Origin: a bacterium
GTDB lineage: Bacteria > Patescibacteriota > Microgenomatia > UBA1400 > UBA12108
DNA: 64,000 nt
Assembly: GCA_021788365.1 (NCBI GenBank)
Contig: JAJYKS010000005.1
Span: 14,754-78,753 of the forward strand
Direction of reading: 5' to 3'
The notes under the pieces were generated by a model that made no database searches, had not been told where the DNA came from, and saw only the letters and a list, made by a program, of their open reading frames with translations. Both the position numbers and the translations under genes were made by a program. This document shows, piece by piece, positions 42,850 through 51,679 of the stretch (position 1 is its first letter; each line of letters begins with the position of its first letter).

Positions 42850-43956
42850 ATGAAGGTTTATTTTGGCGCGTCGTTTAGTTTAGACAGGTCATTGTTACCT
42901 GTGTATCAAGAGGTTGTGGCGTCGATAAAGAAACTAGGGCATACGATTATCTCGGAACAAGTTGTTGATCCCCTTACCCCTGTGGGGGATGGCCTTTCAC
43001 CACAAGAACTTTTTGAGCGAGAAGCCAAGAGGATAGATGAGGCAGACGCTATGGTTGCAGACGTGACACTGCCCTCGTGGGGCACAGCTTTCCTCATGGA
43101 GCAGGCACTGTCCAAGAACAAGCCAGTGCTCGCGCTTTACTATAAGGATGCGACAACACCAATACCAATCATGATTGCCGGGCATCCTGAACTATATGTG
43201 GCTCACTACACCAGGGGTAACGTGCGCACCGTCTTAAAGCAGAATCTCGACTACTTTGCCTCGATGAACCACCGGAAGGGGAAGCTCGTCGTTATAGACG
43301 GAACGGACGGCTCGGGCAAGGGGACGCAGACGGAGCTACTCCTCAAGTACCTCGATGAGCACAAGAAAAAGAATAAATACATCGACTTTCCCCGGTACTA
43401 CACCTCTTTCCACGGCCGCATGGTGGGGCGGTACCTGAAGGGGGAGTTCGGTGGGTTGAACGCTGCCTCGCCATACCTCACCTCGCTTTTCTACGCCATG
43501 GACCGGCTGACTGCCAGGGACGAGCTCATCGACTGGCTGGAAGAGGGAAACGTGGTTGTCGCCAACCGCTACACGACCTCTAGTATGGCCTTCCAGACTG
43601 CCCGGATGCCCAAGGATAAGCGGGAAGAATTCCTCAAGTGGCTGTACGAGATGGAGTACAAGGAGCACAAACTACCCAAAGAGGATGTGGTCATATTCCT
43701 CTACGTGCCGGTCGAGATAAGTCAGAAGCTCCTAGAAAAGAAGGCGGGACGTGGATATATGAAGGGGAAAGGGAAAGATATCAACGAGGCCGATGTAAGC
43801 TACCAAAAAGAGGTGCTGAGGCTCTATCTGTCGCTTGCTAAAAAATATCCTCACTGGGAAGTTATCAAGTGTACCGATGCTCGGGGGAAGCTCTTATCTA
43901 TAGAGAAGGTACAGGGGAAGATACTGGCGGCGCTGAAGAAACATAAAATTATTTGA
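42850..43956 (+). CDS. tmk: Fusion protein: nucleoside 2-deoxyribosyltransferase-like N-domain + thymidylate kinase
   Basis: C-terminal half has the dTMP-kinase P-loop VIDGTDGSGKGTQ, DRY-like DRLTARD and lid motifs. N-terminal ~150 aa (MKVYFGASFS...DEADAMVADVT...GTAFLMEQALSKNKPVLALY) resembles PF05014-type deoxyribosyltransferases. Confidence 0.7.
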   Translation: MKVYFGASFSLDRSLLPVYQEVVASIKKLGHTIISEQVVDPLTPVGDGLSPQELFEREAKRIDEADAMVADVTLPSWGTAFLMEQALSKNKPVLALYYKDATTPIPIMIAGHPELYVAHYTRGNVRTVLKQNLDYFASMNHRKGKLVVIDGTDGSGKGTQTELLLKYLDEHKKKNKYIDFPRYYTSFHGRMVGRYLKGEFGGLNAASPYLTSLFYAMDRLTARDELIDWLEEGNVVVANRYTTSSMAFQTARMPKDKREEFLKWLYEMEYKEHKLPKEDVVIFLYVPVEISQKLLEKKAGRGYMKGKGKDINEADVSYQKEVLRLYLSLAKKYPHWEVIKCTDARGKLLSIEKVQGKILAALKKHKII

Positions 43957-43962
43957 GGTTGT

Positions 43963-44049
43963 GCCGACAAGCGCCACAATTTTGCAGTGCTCACAGCTTA
44001 CTGGCGACCAGTTCGACGCTCCGCGCTGAAAATTGCTCTGCTTGTCGGC
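43963..44049. other. ~87-nt long imperfect hairpin (10-bp terminal arms GCCGACAAGC/GCTTGTCGGC) between tmk fusion and sortase
   Basis: Arms at 43963-43972 and 44040-44049, with further internal complementarity (CAATTTTGCAG / CTGAAAATTGC). Confidence 0.5.
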
Positions 44050-44166
44050 TTTCCCGGTACGACTTTTCTTAAAGCGTACGAAAAAATTGTTTCACACTCG
44101 CCTTAATACTTTTTGCAACTTGAGACACACCTCATCCGCTTTGTATTTCTACGCTACAATGGTCAT

Positions 44167-44883
44167 ATGAAATTCTTGGCGAAGTGGAAGCGGAAGATAG
44201 ATAAGAAATATCGCATCATCTACAAGCGGGGACCGTCGACGGTCGCGGCTGTATTCCTGGGCGTGGCGGTACTCGCGTGGGGGCTATTCCTGGTCATTAC
44301 CGGCTTCCCTGTGGCCGCGTACGCGTACTACACCGTGCGGCCGGCCACATCACAGATATTGTCACAAGCCTTGGCGGATACCGCCCTGCGCTCTAGCGAG
44401 CTTCGGAGCGGCACGGCGGGGCATGCCGCGATAGATGTACCAGTGTCGACGGACATTGGGCGGGATGTGTCCCTCCCTGAAGGCCACTACGTGACCATAC
44501 CCTCGATAGGGGTGGATACCGTTATATGGGAGGCGCCGTACAGTGACTATGAGACTGCTCTCAAAAAAGGTGTGTGGCGGGTACCGGACTTTGCTGCTCC
44601 GGGAGATGGGAGCGGCAAACCGGTGATCTTAGCAGCGCACCGGTTCGGATATCTCGATTGGAGCCAAGACTTTCGGGTAAAAAATTCGTTCTATAACCTG
44701 CCCAACGTGAAGGCAGGGGATAAGATCCGCGTGATTTGGGATCAGCACCAATATGTCTACGAAGTGCAGGCACTAACAGAGGGGACGGAGATAACTGATT
44801 ACTCTGCCGATCTTATTCTCTACACCTGTAAATTCCTGGTCTCGCCGGTGCGGTACTTTGTGTACGCAAAGCTCTTAAACTAA
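44167..44883 (+). CDS. Sortase-family transpeptidase
   Basis: N-terminal TM anchor, His-containing motif (LAAHRFGY) and TLxTC-type active site LILYTCKF. TACAAT at 44155-44160 lies 6 nt upstream of the ATG (leaderless candidate). Confidence 0.8.
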   Translation: MKFLAKWKRKIDKKYRIIYKRGPSTVAAVFLGVAVLAWGLFLVITGFPVAAYAYYTVRPATSQILSQALADTALRSSELRSGTAGHAAIDVPVSTDIGRDVSLPEGHYVTIPSIGVDTVIWEAPYSDYETALKKGVWRVPDFAAPGDGSGKPVILAAHRFGYLDWSQDFRVKNSFYNLPNVKAGDKIRVIWDQHQYVYEVQALTEGTEITDYSADLILYTCKFLVSPVRYFVYAKLLN

Positions 44884-44934
44884 TATTATCCTATAACACT
44901 TGACAAATCTCCCTGGATTGCTATAATCCGCAGC

Positions 44935-45204
44935 ATGAAACGACTTATAGCGATGTCACTTTTGGTTGCCGGCCTCGTTGCCGCAACTCCCGTTCACGCA
45001 GAGACTGTATCGACTTGCACTACCGTATACGGTGGCGGGTCTGTTTGTGGCGAGACCACGACAACCGTGACGGTCGAGCACCAGCCCGTAAACACTGCTG
45101 TAGATCCGGTACTATTTTGGAAAGTCGTACTAATCGTCGGTGGCGTGGCTGCGGTCGCTACCATCCTCTATAAATTTTCGTACCGCTGGTATATTCTCGG
45201 CTAA
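44935..45204 (+). CDS. Small secreted protein with signal peptide and C-terminal TM helix
   Basis: MKRLIAMSLLVAGLVAATPVHA signal peptide, T-rich middle, C-terminal TM (VVLIVGGVAAVATIL) plus basic tail. No LPXTG. Confidence 0.5.
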   Translation: MKRLIAMSLLVAGLVAATPVHAETVSTCTTVYGGGSVCGETTTTVTVEHQPVNTAVDPVLFWKVVLIVGGVAAVATILYKFSYRWYILG

Positions 45205-45329
45205 TTTTTCTCGACCACTTGGAGGCTTTGCCCTGGGCCCACTTACAACATTCCCACTCAGCGCAAAACCCCTGAGCACTTGGCTGTGCTTAACAATTGA
45301 ATAGCTATAGGCTATTGGCACCTTGAAAA

Positions 45330-45620
45330 TTAAAGAGCTGGTTGCGGAATGTCTAGAACACCGTAAAGATGTTTTAGCTGGCGTTGCAATTTCGGTACGT
45401 CTTCACCTAGATCGTGGTGGAGCTGCGAATGGGCAGCATCATCCTCGGCCTTTTTGTTAATGGCAGCTAGTAACTCTAGTTTGTCTGCAACCATTTCTTC
45501 TTTTGAAGGTAGTTGTTTGACTAAATCTGCGATTGCCTGACCAAGTTCTTCTTTGGTGACGAAAACTTCTTTCATCTCTTCAACCAACCTTGTGCGATCA
45601 GATTTGGTGAGCGTCATAGC
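45330..45620 (-). CDS. Hypothetical protein (~96 aa from internal Met)
   Basis: ORF 45330-45761. The N-terminal part only translates the REP palindrome at 45734-45755, so the start was placed at MTLTKSDRTRL. Confidence 0.35.
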   Translation of the reverse strand, partial: AMTLTKSDRTRLVEEMKEVFVTKEELGQAIADLVKQLPSKEEMVADKLELLAAINKKAEDDAAHSQLHHDLGEDVPKLQRQLKHLYGVLDIPQPAL

Positions 45621-45733
45621 TGTAGTAAAGCATTTTAAATAGGCGTTTGCAACGCGGCAAACGGTATCAGATACCCGCCTACGAGGACAGTCCTCGCAGG
45701 CTCGGATACCTGCTACCTGATTAGCGGCACATC

Positions 45734-45755
45734 TTACAGGGATGATCCCTGTAAA
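45734..45755. repeat. REP palindrome TTACAGGGATGATCCCTGTAAA (orphan copy)
   Basis: Same palindrome family as the RAYT-flanking REPs 4.7 kb upstream. Confidence 0.75.
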
Positions 45756-45809
45756 GTGCAAGCCTCTTGACCTTGGAAATCTGGGCTACACGAGGGCAGG
45801 TTGTAACCC

Positions 45810-47795
45810 TTATTTTTGGGAACTAATTAAAAGAATATCTCCAGGGTAATTGGCGGCCTTTAGTGTTTGAACGTCTTCTGAGCTTTTTACGATAATCGGT
45901 GCGGTACTTTGGACGATCACTCCGGTGAAGTGGAGTACTGGAGTCAAATAAGGCTGGGCAGCATTTACAATAGCCGATAGGTAGCTGTCGGTATCGGTAG
46001 CGGTTGTTATTACTGCCCCGGTAAAGCCGAGGTCGGCAAGCGCTTTAGATTTCTCTTGCGTGGCGGCTGCGGCTTCGCCTGCCGACTTGAAAAACTCGCG
46101 GGTAGGAGCAAGTACCCAGGGGATGGTATTGCCCGTACCTCCGTCTTGGAAAGTAATTATAAGTGTATGGGGAAGTGACGACCTGAGTTTTTGGAGCAAT
46201 GATTGTAGATCTTTTGAATTTTGGAAGTTCTCCTTGGTTACTAGTACTGCATATGGATGGCTAGCAGCTAATTTCGTGAGGAAGGCTGGATCGTTGGTGT
46301 CGAAAGTAAGGACTGATTTTACGGATCCTATAGTGTCATTGCCAAGGTAATACAGACTAAGGTATTCGTTTGTATAAGGCGGAACTATCTCTCCTGGCGA
46401 TAACTGACGGCCAAACGTTTGTGGTTTGGCTTTTTCCGGTATAAGGCTTTGTAAGTAAGGTAATTCACCGCCAGCGAGCGAGCGAGAGAATTGCTCATCT
46501 ACGAGGATGTGGGTGATTGGGGGCATGTTGGAGCGGACAGTTTGATCAGACTCGACTTTTTGGTACCACTCAATCGTCCTCTTTGGATTATTTAAGTACG
46601 TGTCAAGATATACATATTCAGGGGCGACGATTGCAGAACTTGCGGGTAGTTCTTTGAGTGCTACAAGGCTCTGTAGCTGGGGTGCGGTAGCATTGGTAGT
46701 AAAGATATATGTGGCCGTCGCGCCGTTGTAGGTAAGCAGAGAGGCAAGAAGAAGATAGGGAATTGCGGGGAGGTTGGTTTTTTGTGCGAGGCCCTTTACT
46801 GCAAGGGTTATGTCTAAAGCTAGGAGTGGTAAGAGCGGGATCACATAGAAGTCGTAGATTTGGCCGCCGCGGGCGAGGAAGACAAGGAAAAAAGGGGTAA
46901 ATAGGGATAGGATTTTGTATTTTAGTTCAGTTTGAGGTAGACATAGCCAGATTGTGGCGATAACTCCAAGAATAGGTAGGAACGGGTCGATTCCGAGCCA
47001 TATGGGGAGCATAGTGCGAAACTGAGAACCGACCTGCCAGAAGAATTTACCTGTCCCCCTGCTTGCCTGAAACGCGATAGTTCCTAGGAGGGATACCTGG
47101 CCTGTGTGCGGAACAAGTTCGCCTTTTAAGAGTGCGAGAAGGGGGAAGAAGGCGAGAAGAAAGGAGGCAGTTAATAAGCTTATCATGAGAGCGTATCGAC
47201 GATTGAAGTTGTCTTTGTTGAGGGTCCAAACCAACAGTAAATAGGGGGGGAGGTAAAAAAGTAGCGATTCTTTTGTCAAAACTGCGACGGCCATGGATAG
47301 GGCGGAAAAAGAAATATACTTGATCCGTTGTGGATCTTTGACGAGAAGTAACAGGCTAAGGAGCAGCCAGAAAACGGCGAGATTGTCGAGAAGTACCATC
47401 CGACCAAAGGTCAAGGTGAGAGGGCTTGTTATAAAAAGCGTGGTGGCAATGAGTCCGTACTTAACTGAGTGAGTAAATTGACGAGTAAGTGAGTAGAGCA
47501 ATGTGGCTGTACCTGCAAGCGCTAGGCCCGTAAAAACCCGCACAGAGAGGACGCTACTTCCGAAGAATGTTGCTACGCTGGCGAGGCGCTCCCAGAGACC
47601 GATTTGCAACCAACCAAGGGGAAAGTGGTCGTACCAATAGGTATAGGGGCCGAGCTTGCCAAGGAACGTGAGCCAGTAGGCTTGGGAAACGTAGATACCC
47701 TCGTCGCCCACCATTTTGGGAAAATGAGCAATGTTATAGAGCGCGAGCGCGGAGGCTGTGACAAAAACCACTAAGACGAGAAGCCACTTTTTCAT
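45810..47795 (-). CDS. Polytopic membrane glycosyltransferase, GT39/PMT-ArnT-like (GT-C fold)
   Basis: ~11 N-terminal TM helices with an early DE-containing loop (MVGDEGIYVSQAYW), and a large C-terminal extracytoplasmic domain. Confidence 0.65.
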   Translation of the reverse strand: MKKWLLVLVVFVTASALALYNIAHFPKMVGDEGIYVSQAYWLTFLGKLGPYTYWYDHFPLGWLQIGLWERLASVATFFGSSVLSVRVFTGLALAGTATLLYSLTRQFTHSVKYGLIATTLFITSPLTLTFGRMVLLDNLAVFWLLLSLLLLVKDPQRIKYISFSALSMAVAVLTKESLLFYLPPYLLLVWTLNKDNFNRRYALMISLLTASFLLAFFPLLALLKGELVPHTGQVSLLGTIAFQASRGTGKFFWQVGSQFRTMLPIWLGIDPFLPILGVIATIWLCLPQTELKYKILSLFTPFFLVFLARGGQIYDFYVIPLLPLLALDITLAVKGLAQKTNLPAIPYLLLASLLTYNGATATYIFTTNATAPQLQSLVALKELPASSAIVAPEYVYLDTYLNNPKRTIEWYQKVESDQTVRSNMPPITHILVDEQFSRSLAGGELPYLQSLIPEKAKPQTFGRQLSPGEIVPPYTNEYLSLYYLGNDTIGSVKSVLTFDTNDPAFLTKLAASHPYAVLVTKENFQNSKDLQSLLQKLRSSLPHTLIITFQDGGTGNTIPWVLAPTREFFKSAGEAAAATQEKSKALADLGFTGAVITTATDTDSYLSAIVNAAQPYLTPVLHFTGVIVQSTAPIIVKSSEDVQTLKAANYPGDILLISSQK

Positions 47796-50305
47796 GCTTC
47801 TAGTATAGCAAGGGGGCGGTGAGCGTTAACGTGTTCTGTTTTGTCCCAGTTTCTGTCGCCAAGTACTGATTTGCCGACGGCGCGAGTAGTCCCTAATGCT
47901 AGGAGTGCTTGATAGGGAATGAAGCCAATGATCAGGGCTAGATATCGCCATATCGAGAGATGGAGGTGGTGCAGTTTGGCGAGGTCGCTAAGGCCAAGGA
48001 GATAGAGGCCGAATTGCATAAGGAGAAAGTAGCTCGGTAAGAAAGAAATAAGTGCAACCCAGAGGGGGATATACCCCAGACTCGCAAGAAGCGGGCAAAG
48101 CACCATATTGAGGAAGCTTAGGTGGCGAAAGATGGGTTGGGTAAGAGTGTAGAGTGCGTAAAGCTTGCCGTTTCCGTCCAGTGTTTCCCAGTTCCCTTTT
48201 TCTACCACCTGGAGATACCCTTGGTCCCAACGGGCACGCTGACGGATAACACCAACCTCGCTTTCCGGAGTTTCCTCTTTTGTTGCGAGCGCCGGGTCAT
48301 CGATCACCGCAACCGGGATTTTGGCAGCAGCTAGACGGATACCGAGGTCAGCATCCTCGGTGAGGCAGTTTTCGTCGTATCCGCCGAGTTCTTGGATGGT
48401 CGTTTTTTTGATGAAGACGGTGTTTCCACCCAGGGGGACGGCGCCTTTTTGGGAAAGATATGGCAAGACGGAGCGGAACCAGAAGTAGTACTCGACTGCG
48501 TTTAGCCCGGAGAACCACGAGCCATTGAGGTTTACTAGGTGTACTGGCGCTTGGATAACCTTTGCCTGGGGATTGGCCAGGAGTTGGCTATTCACCGCTC
48601 GAAGGATGGCGGGTGAGGGTTCGTCTTCGGCGTCAAAGATGCCGATAACCTCATTTTTGGCAAAATGAGCCCCAAGGTTCAGAGAATAGGCTTTGTTGTT
48701 GGCGTCGCCGTCTATAGCTACAATGCGGATGTTGCCTGCACCACTTCTTTTGATGGCCTGTGCAGCTACCTCGTGGGTCGTATGGTCATCGGCACGGATC
48801 ATAACCAGGACTTCATATAGGTTGTGGGGGTAGTCAAGGTGGGAGAGCGAGGCAATTGTGTTACCGATGACGCTCTCTTCGTTCCTGGCCGGCACAATGA
48901 GCGAAAAGGTTTTTTGTGGCTCTCGCGGGGGGATCGCTTTCGTTTTGCGAGAACTAAAACCATAAAGCATAGCACGGGTGACGAGATATCCCTGTAGAGC
49001 TAGAAAAATGGTAATTGCCAAGATAGTCCCAGGGACTATTCCAAGCCAGAGAGTGATACCGATTAAAGCTATGCCGCAGACAAGACCAGTGAGCGCCAAT
49101 AAAAGTGGCCTTAGGTTATTGCGACGCATGGTGGCAACTATTGCGCGTAGAGCCATGGGCAGAGCGCACGCGGCTGTCGCTATGAGGGGAATGAGAGCAG
49201 GTAGGAGATAACGATTCCAGCCGACAGAAAGATAGCTTAGCGTAATAGCCAAATTCCCAATTGTAAAAATGGCCCAAAGACTGCGTTTTTTATCTAGGAG
49301 CAGCAGGAGCAATCCCATCACTATGAGCCCGGCAAACCAAGGAGCAAGGACGGTTTGCTGGTTCCACGATCCTGCGAGTTCGTGGTAGCTATAGACGAGG
49401 CGCGAGGTAAGGGTGGGGAGTGCGGCAGACGGATTGGCCGCAATTTCTTGCTGGGACTGGGAGAGCCGCCAGGACATCATACTCTCCAGGCGAGTGACTG
49501 GGTTTGGCCACAGGTACGGGTTTAGCACTACAAAAATGGTGAGGGCAAGCACGCCGCTTGCGAATAATTTGCCAAGAGTATGGCGGTTTTGGAGAAACGA
49601 GAGGGCGAAGATGAGGAACACGACGGGGGCGGCGCTTAGCTTGGTGGCGAGTGCGAGGCCGGCGCTAAGCGTGAGAAGTGCGAAAGTAGCGAGGTTGCCA
49701 CGACCGCGCCACAAGCGCAGCGCGGCAAGGAGCATAAGGTTTGTAAACAGCAAGAGGATTTGATCCATCATGGTCATAGTGCTTAGGTTCTTGAAAAATG
49801 AGTACCAACCGAGCATGAGGGCGGCGAGAACGCCGGCTACTGGCCCGGCGAGCGCAAGACCGATGAGATAGGTGGTGGCGATGACGAGTGACGAGATGCC
49901 AAGGGCAAGGGCACGGGCACGAATGACCATAGTCTTTAGTGGGGAAGAATCCCAGGAAGACAGAGGTTTGCCGTCGAGGCACGACCAGGTGTTGTAAAAC
50001 GAAGTACCAGAGTCATTGCATGGTGAGTTCTGGGGGGATAGCAGGGAGCGGTCGCCGGGGACGGCGGCGTAAATATAGTTCGTGAGTTGGGGCTGGTCGT
50101 AGGCGCCCCACTCGGACCAGATAGGATTCTTGAAGTCGCCGTGGACGAAGGCATCCCAGTAGACCGAGCGGGAGAGGTAGATGAGTTCGTCGCTGTTGAA
50201 GTTGTAGTCACTGGTTATGCGAGGGATACTCCAGACAAAAAACGCCCCTGCGAGTACCAGGGGAAGAATGAGGTATTTGGTAATGCTCCACATTGTTTGT
50301 TTCAT
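47792..50305 (-). CDS. Membrane glycosyltransferase fusion: GT-C-like polytopic N-terminal region + GT2 (DXD) catalytic domain + C-terminal TMs
   Basis: GT2 motifs FSLIVPARNEESVIGNTIASL...VIGIFDAEDEP, flanked by many TM helices. Stop overlaps the start of the downstream GT39-like gene by 4 nt. Confidence 0.65.
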   Translation of the reverse strand: MKQTMWSITKYLILPLVLAGAFFVWSIPRITSDYNFNSDELIYLSRSVYWDAFVHGDFKNPIWSEWGAYDQPQLTNYIYAAVPGDRSLLSPQNSPCNDSGTSFYNTWSCLDGKPLSSWDSSPLKTMVIRARALALGISSLVIATTYLIGLALAGPVAGVLAALMLGWYSFFKNLSTMTMMDQILLLFTNLMLLAALRLWRGRGNLATFALLTLSAGLALATKLSAAPVVFLIFALSFLQNRHTLGKLFASGVLALTIFVVLNPYLWPNPVTRLESMMSWRLSQSQQEIAANPSAALPTLTSRLVYSYHELAGSWNQQTVLAPWFAGLIVMGLLLLLLDKKRSLWAIFTIGNLAITLSYLSVGWNRYLLPALIPLIATAACALPMALRAIVATMRRNNLRPLLLALTGLVCGIALIGITLWLGIVPGTILAITIFLALQGYLVTRAMLYGFSSRKTKAIPPREPQKTFSLIVPARNEESVIGNTIASLSHLDYPHNLYEVLVMIRADDHTTHEVAAQAIKRSGAGNIRIVAIDGDANNKAYSLNLGAHFAKNEVIGIFDAEDEPSPAILRAVNSQLLANPQAKVIQAPVHLVNLNGSWFSGLNAVEYYFWFRSVLPYLSQKGAVPLGGNTVFIKKTTIQELGGYDENCLTEDADLGIRLAAAKIPVAVIDDPALATKEETPESEVGVIRQRARWDQGYLQVVEKGNWETLDGNGKLYALYTLTQPIFRHLSFLNMVLCPLLASLGYIPLWVALISFLPSYFLLMQFGLYLLGLSDLAKLHHLHLSIWRYLALIIGFIPYQALLALGTTRAVGKSVLGDRNWDKTEHVNAHRPLAILEA

Positions 50306-50423
50306 TGTTTGTAAGCTTATAAAACTTATTTATAAACTTGCAAACAAAAGCGAGATACGGTACGTGACCCATGGGGTCAGCGTAGCATTCGCTACACTGA
50401 CCCTCCGGGCCGCTTTTGTTTGT

Positions 50424-51242
50424 TTACTTTTTGGTGAAAATCTGATGAATTTCGAGGTTTTGGCTTAGCGATACTTGCGGAGCGACTGAGATCAAGTCTT
50501 GAAGGACATTGAAATCAGCGGTCATATCCGCAGGAATGTTGTATGCCGAAACTTCAGTAAATGTCACCATTTCTCCACCAGGGGTTCCCAGCCAACTTCC
50601 TGGATCACCAGAATCGTTTTGCCAGCCCGTTATGCCGTTTGAATCTCCTTGGATATAACTCGTCAGCATGAATTGCTGTCGAGACGCAAGGAAATAATGC
50701 CAAACGCCATACGAATCTGGGCAAGCGACGATTTGGCTACCGCCACCATCATTGAGGGCTTCCCAATCTGCGGGAATTTTGTAGGTATGCCCATTGATGG
50801 TGATGGAATTCTTTCCAGTCATATTGACCTGGCTCCAGAATTCTTGGAGAGGCATCCCTTTCTCCAACGCAGCTGCGTCATAATAGCCGCCCAGCTCGAT
50901 GCCAACATTACCGGTAAGCATGCGGCCACCAACAAAGGCGCAAACGGGGAGCTGAGAATTGGAGGGGAAGCTTTTTGGCTGGTCTTGCTGTGGTTGGACG
51001 TTATCGTTGGGGGCGGCGTTGGATGAGTTGCTTGGCGCGACCGGTGCGACTGAGAGGGGATTAGCCGTCTCGAAGTGCATCAGAGCGTTCAGCTTGGGTG
51101 ACAGGTACCAAAGTGCGGTACCAGCGGCTCCGCAAAAGCAGCAAAGAATAACTGCAATTGTGATGCCGATAAGGATCCACCGTCCGTTGTGGTTGGTGGT
51201 TTGCGCCTGGGGCGCGGAAATGGGGGTTGATGTGTCGTTCAT
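50424..51242 (-). CDS. N-terminally anchored hypothetical protein (272 aa)
   Basis: Single N-terminal TM (ILIGITIAVILCCFCGAAGTALWY), then a soluble domain. Confidence 0.5.
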   Translation of the reverse strand: MNDTSTPISAPQAQTTNHNGRWILIGITIAVILCCFCGAAGTALWYLSPKLNALMHFETANPLSVAPVAPSNSSNAAPNDNVQPQQDQPKSFPSNSQLPVCAFVGGRMLTGNVGIELGGYYDAAALEKGMPLQEFWSQVNMTGKNSITINGHTYKIPADWEALNDGGGSQIVACPDSYGVWHYFLASRQQFMLTSYIQGDSNGITGWQNDSGDPGSWLGTPGGEMVTFTEVSAYNIPADMTADFNVLQDLISVAPQVSLSQNLEIHQIFTKK

Positions 51243-51679
51243 TTCAAACTCCTTAGGGGGATACGGGCTAACCGTGGGGAGCAGAGCTCCTTAAACAGGG
51301 GACAAAATTTATCCACTATTTGGGGAGCTCTCTCCCGGAGGGAGAGTTCCATGAACTATTTAGTACCCTCACCAAAACTAGTGCTCTGGTGAGTAGCAGC
51401 ACATTACTGTACTGCTGTATCTCGCTTGTTAAGGTGCTATGCACTGGGTGACAACACTTGACGCAGTGTCAAAGTGTCACTTTGTACATATCCGCTTTTG
51501 TGAGCGGAGTTAAAGGGGCGTAAGCAAAAATTGCTTTAACAGGCCGCCCCTTTAACTCCTGCCCGCTACTGCGGTAGGTCTTTAACAGGTACTTTCTAAG
51601 AAAAATTTGTGTGTAGTGACTATGCCTGTTAAAGCGCACGAATCATAACACGCTATAGGCTAGATGTCAAGTTATAGGA
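51243..51679. other. 437-nt hairpin-dense intergenic region (candidate structured RNA or regulatory region)
   Basis: Many inverted repeats: AAAGGGGCG-(24 nt containing GCAAAAATTGC)-CGCCCCTTT; CTTTAACAGG x2 facing CCTGTTAAAG; CTCACCA..TGGTGAG; CAGCA..TGCTG; CTCTCCC-gga-GGGAGAG. Confidence 0.3.

Noticed and set aside
51243-51679. Assigning the 437-nt structured gap to tmRNA, RNase P RNA or SRP RNA
   Set aside because: No GGTTCGAWTCC tRNA-like end, no AGGAAAGTCCGG (P4) and no obvious GGAAGCAGCCA-type SRP motif were found by eye. Left as an unassigned candidate.
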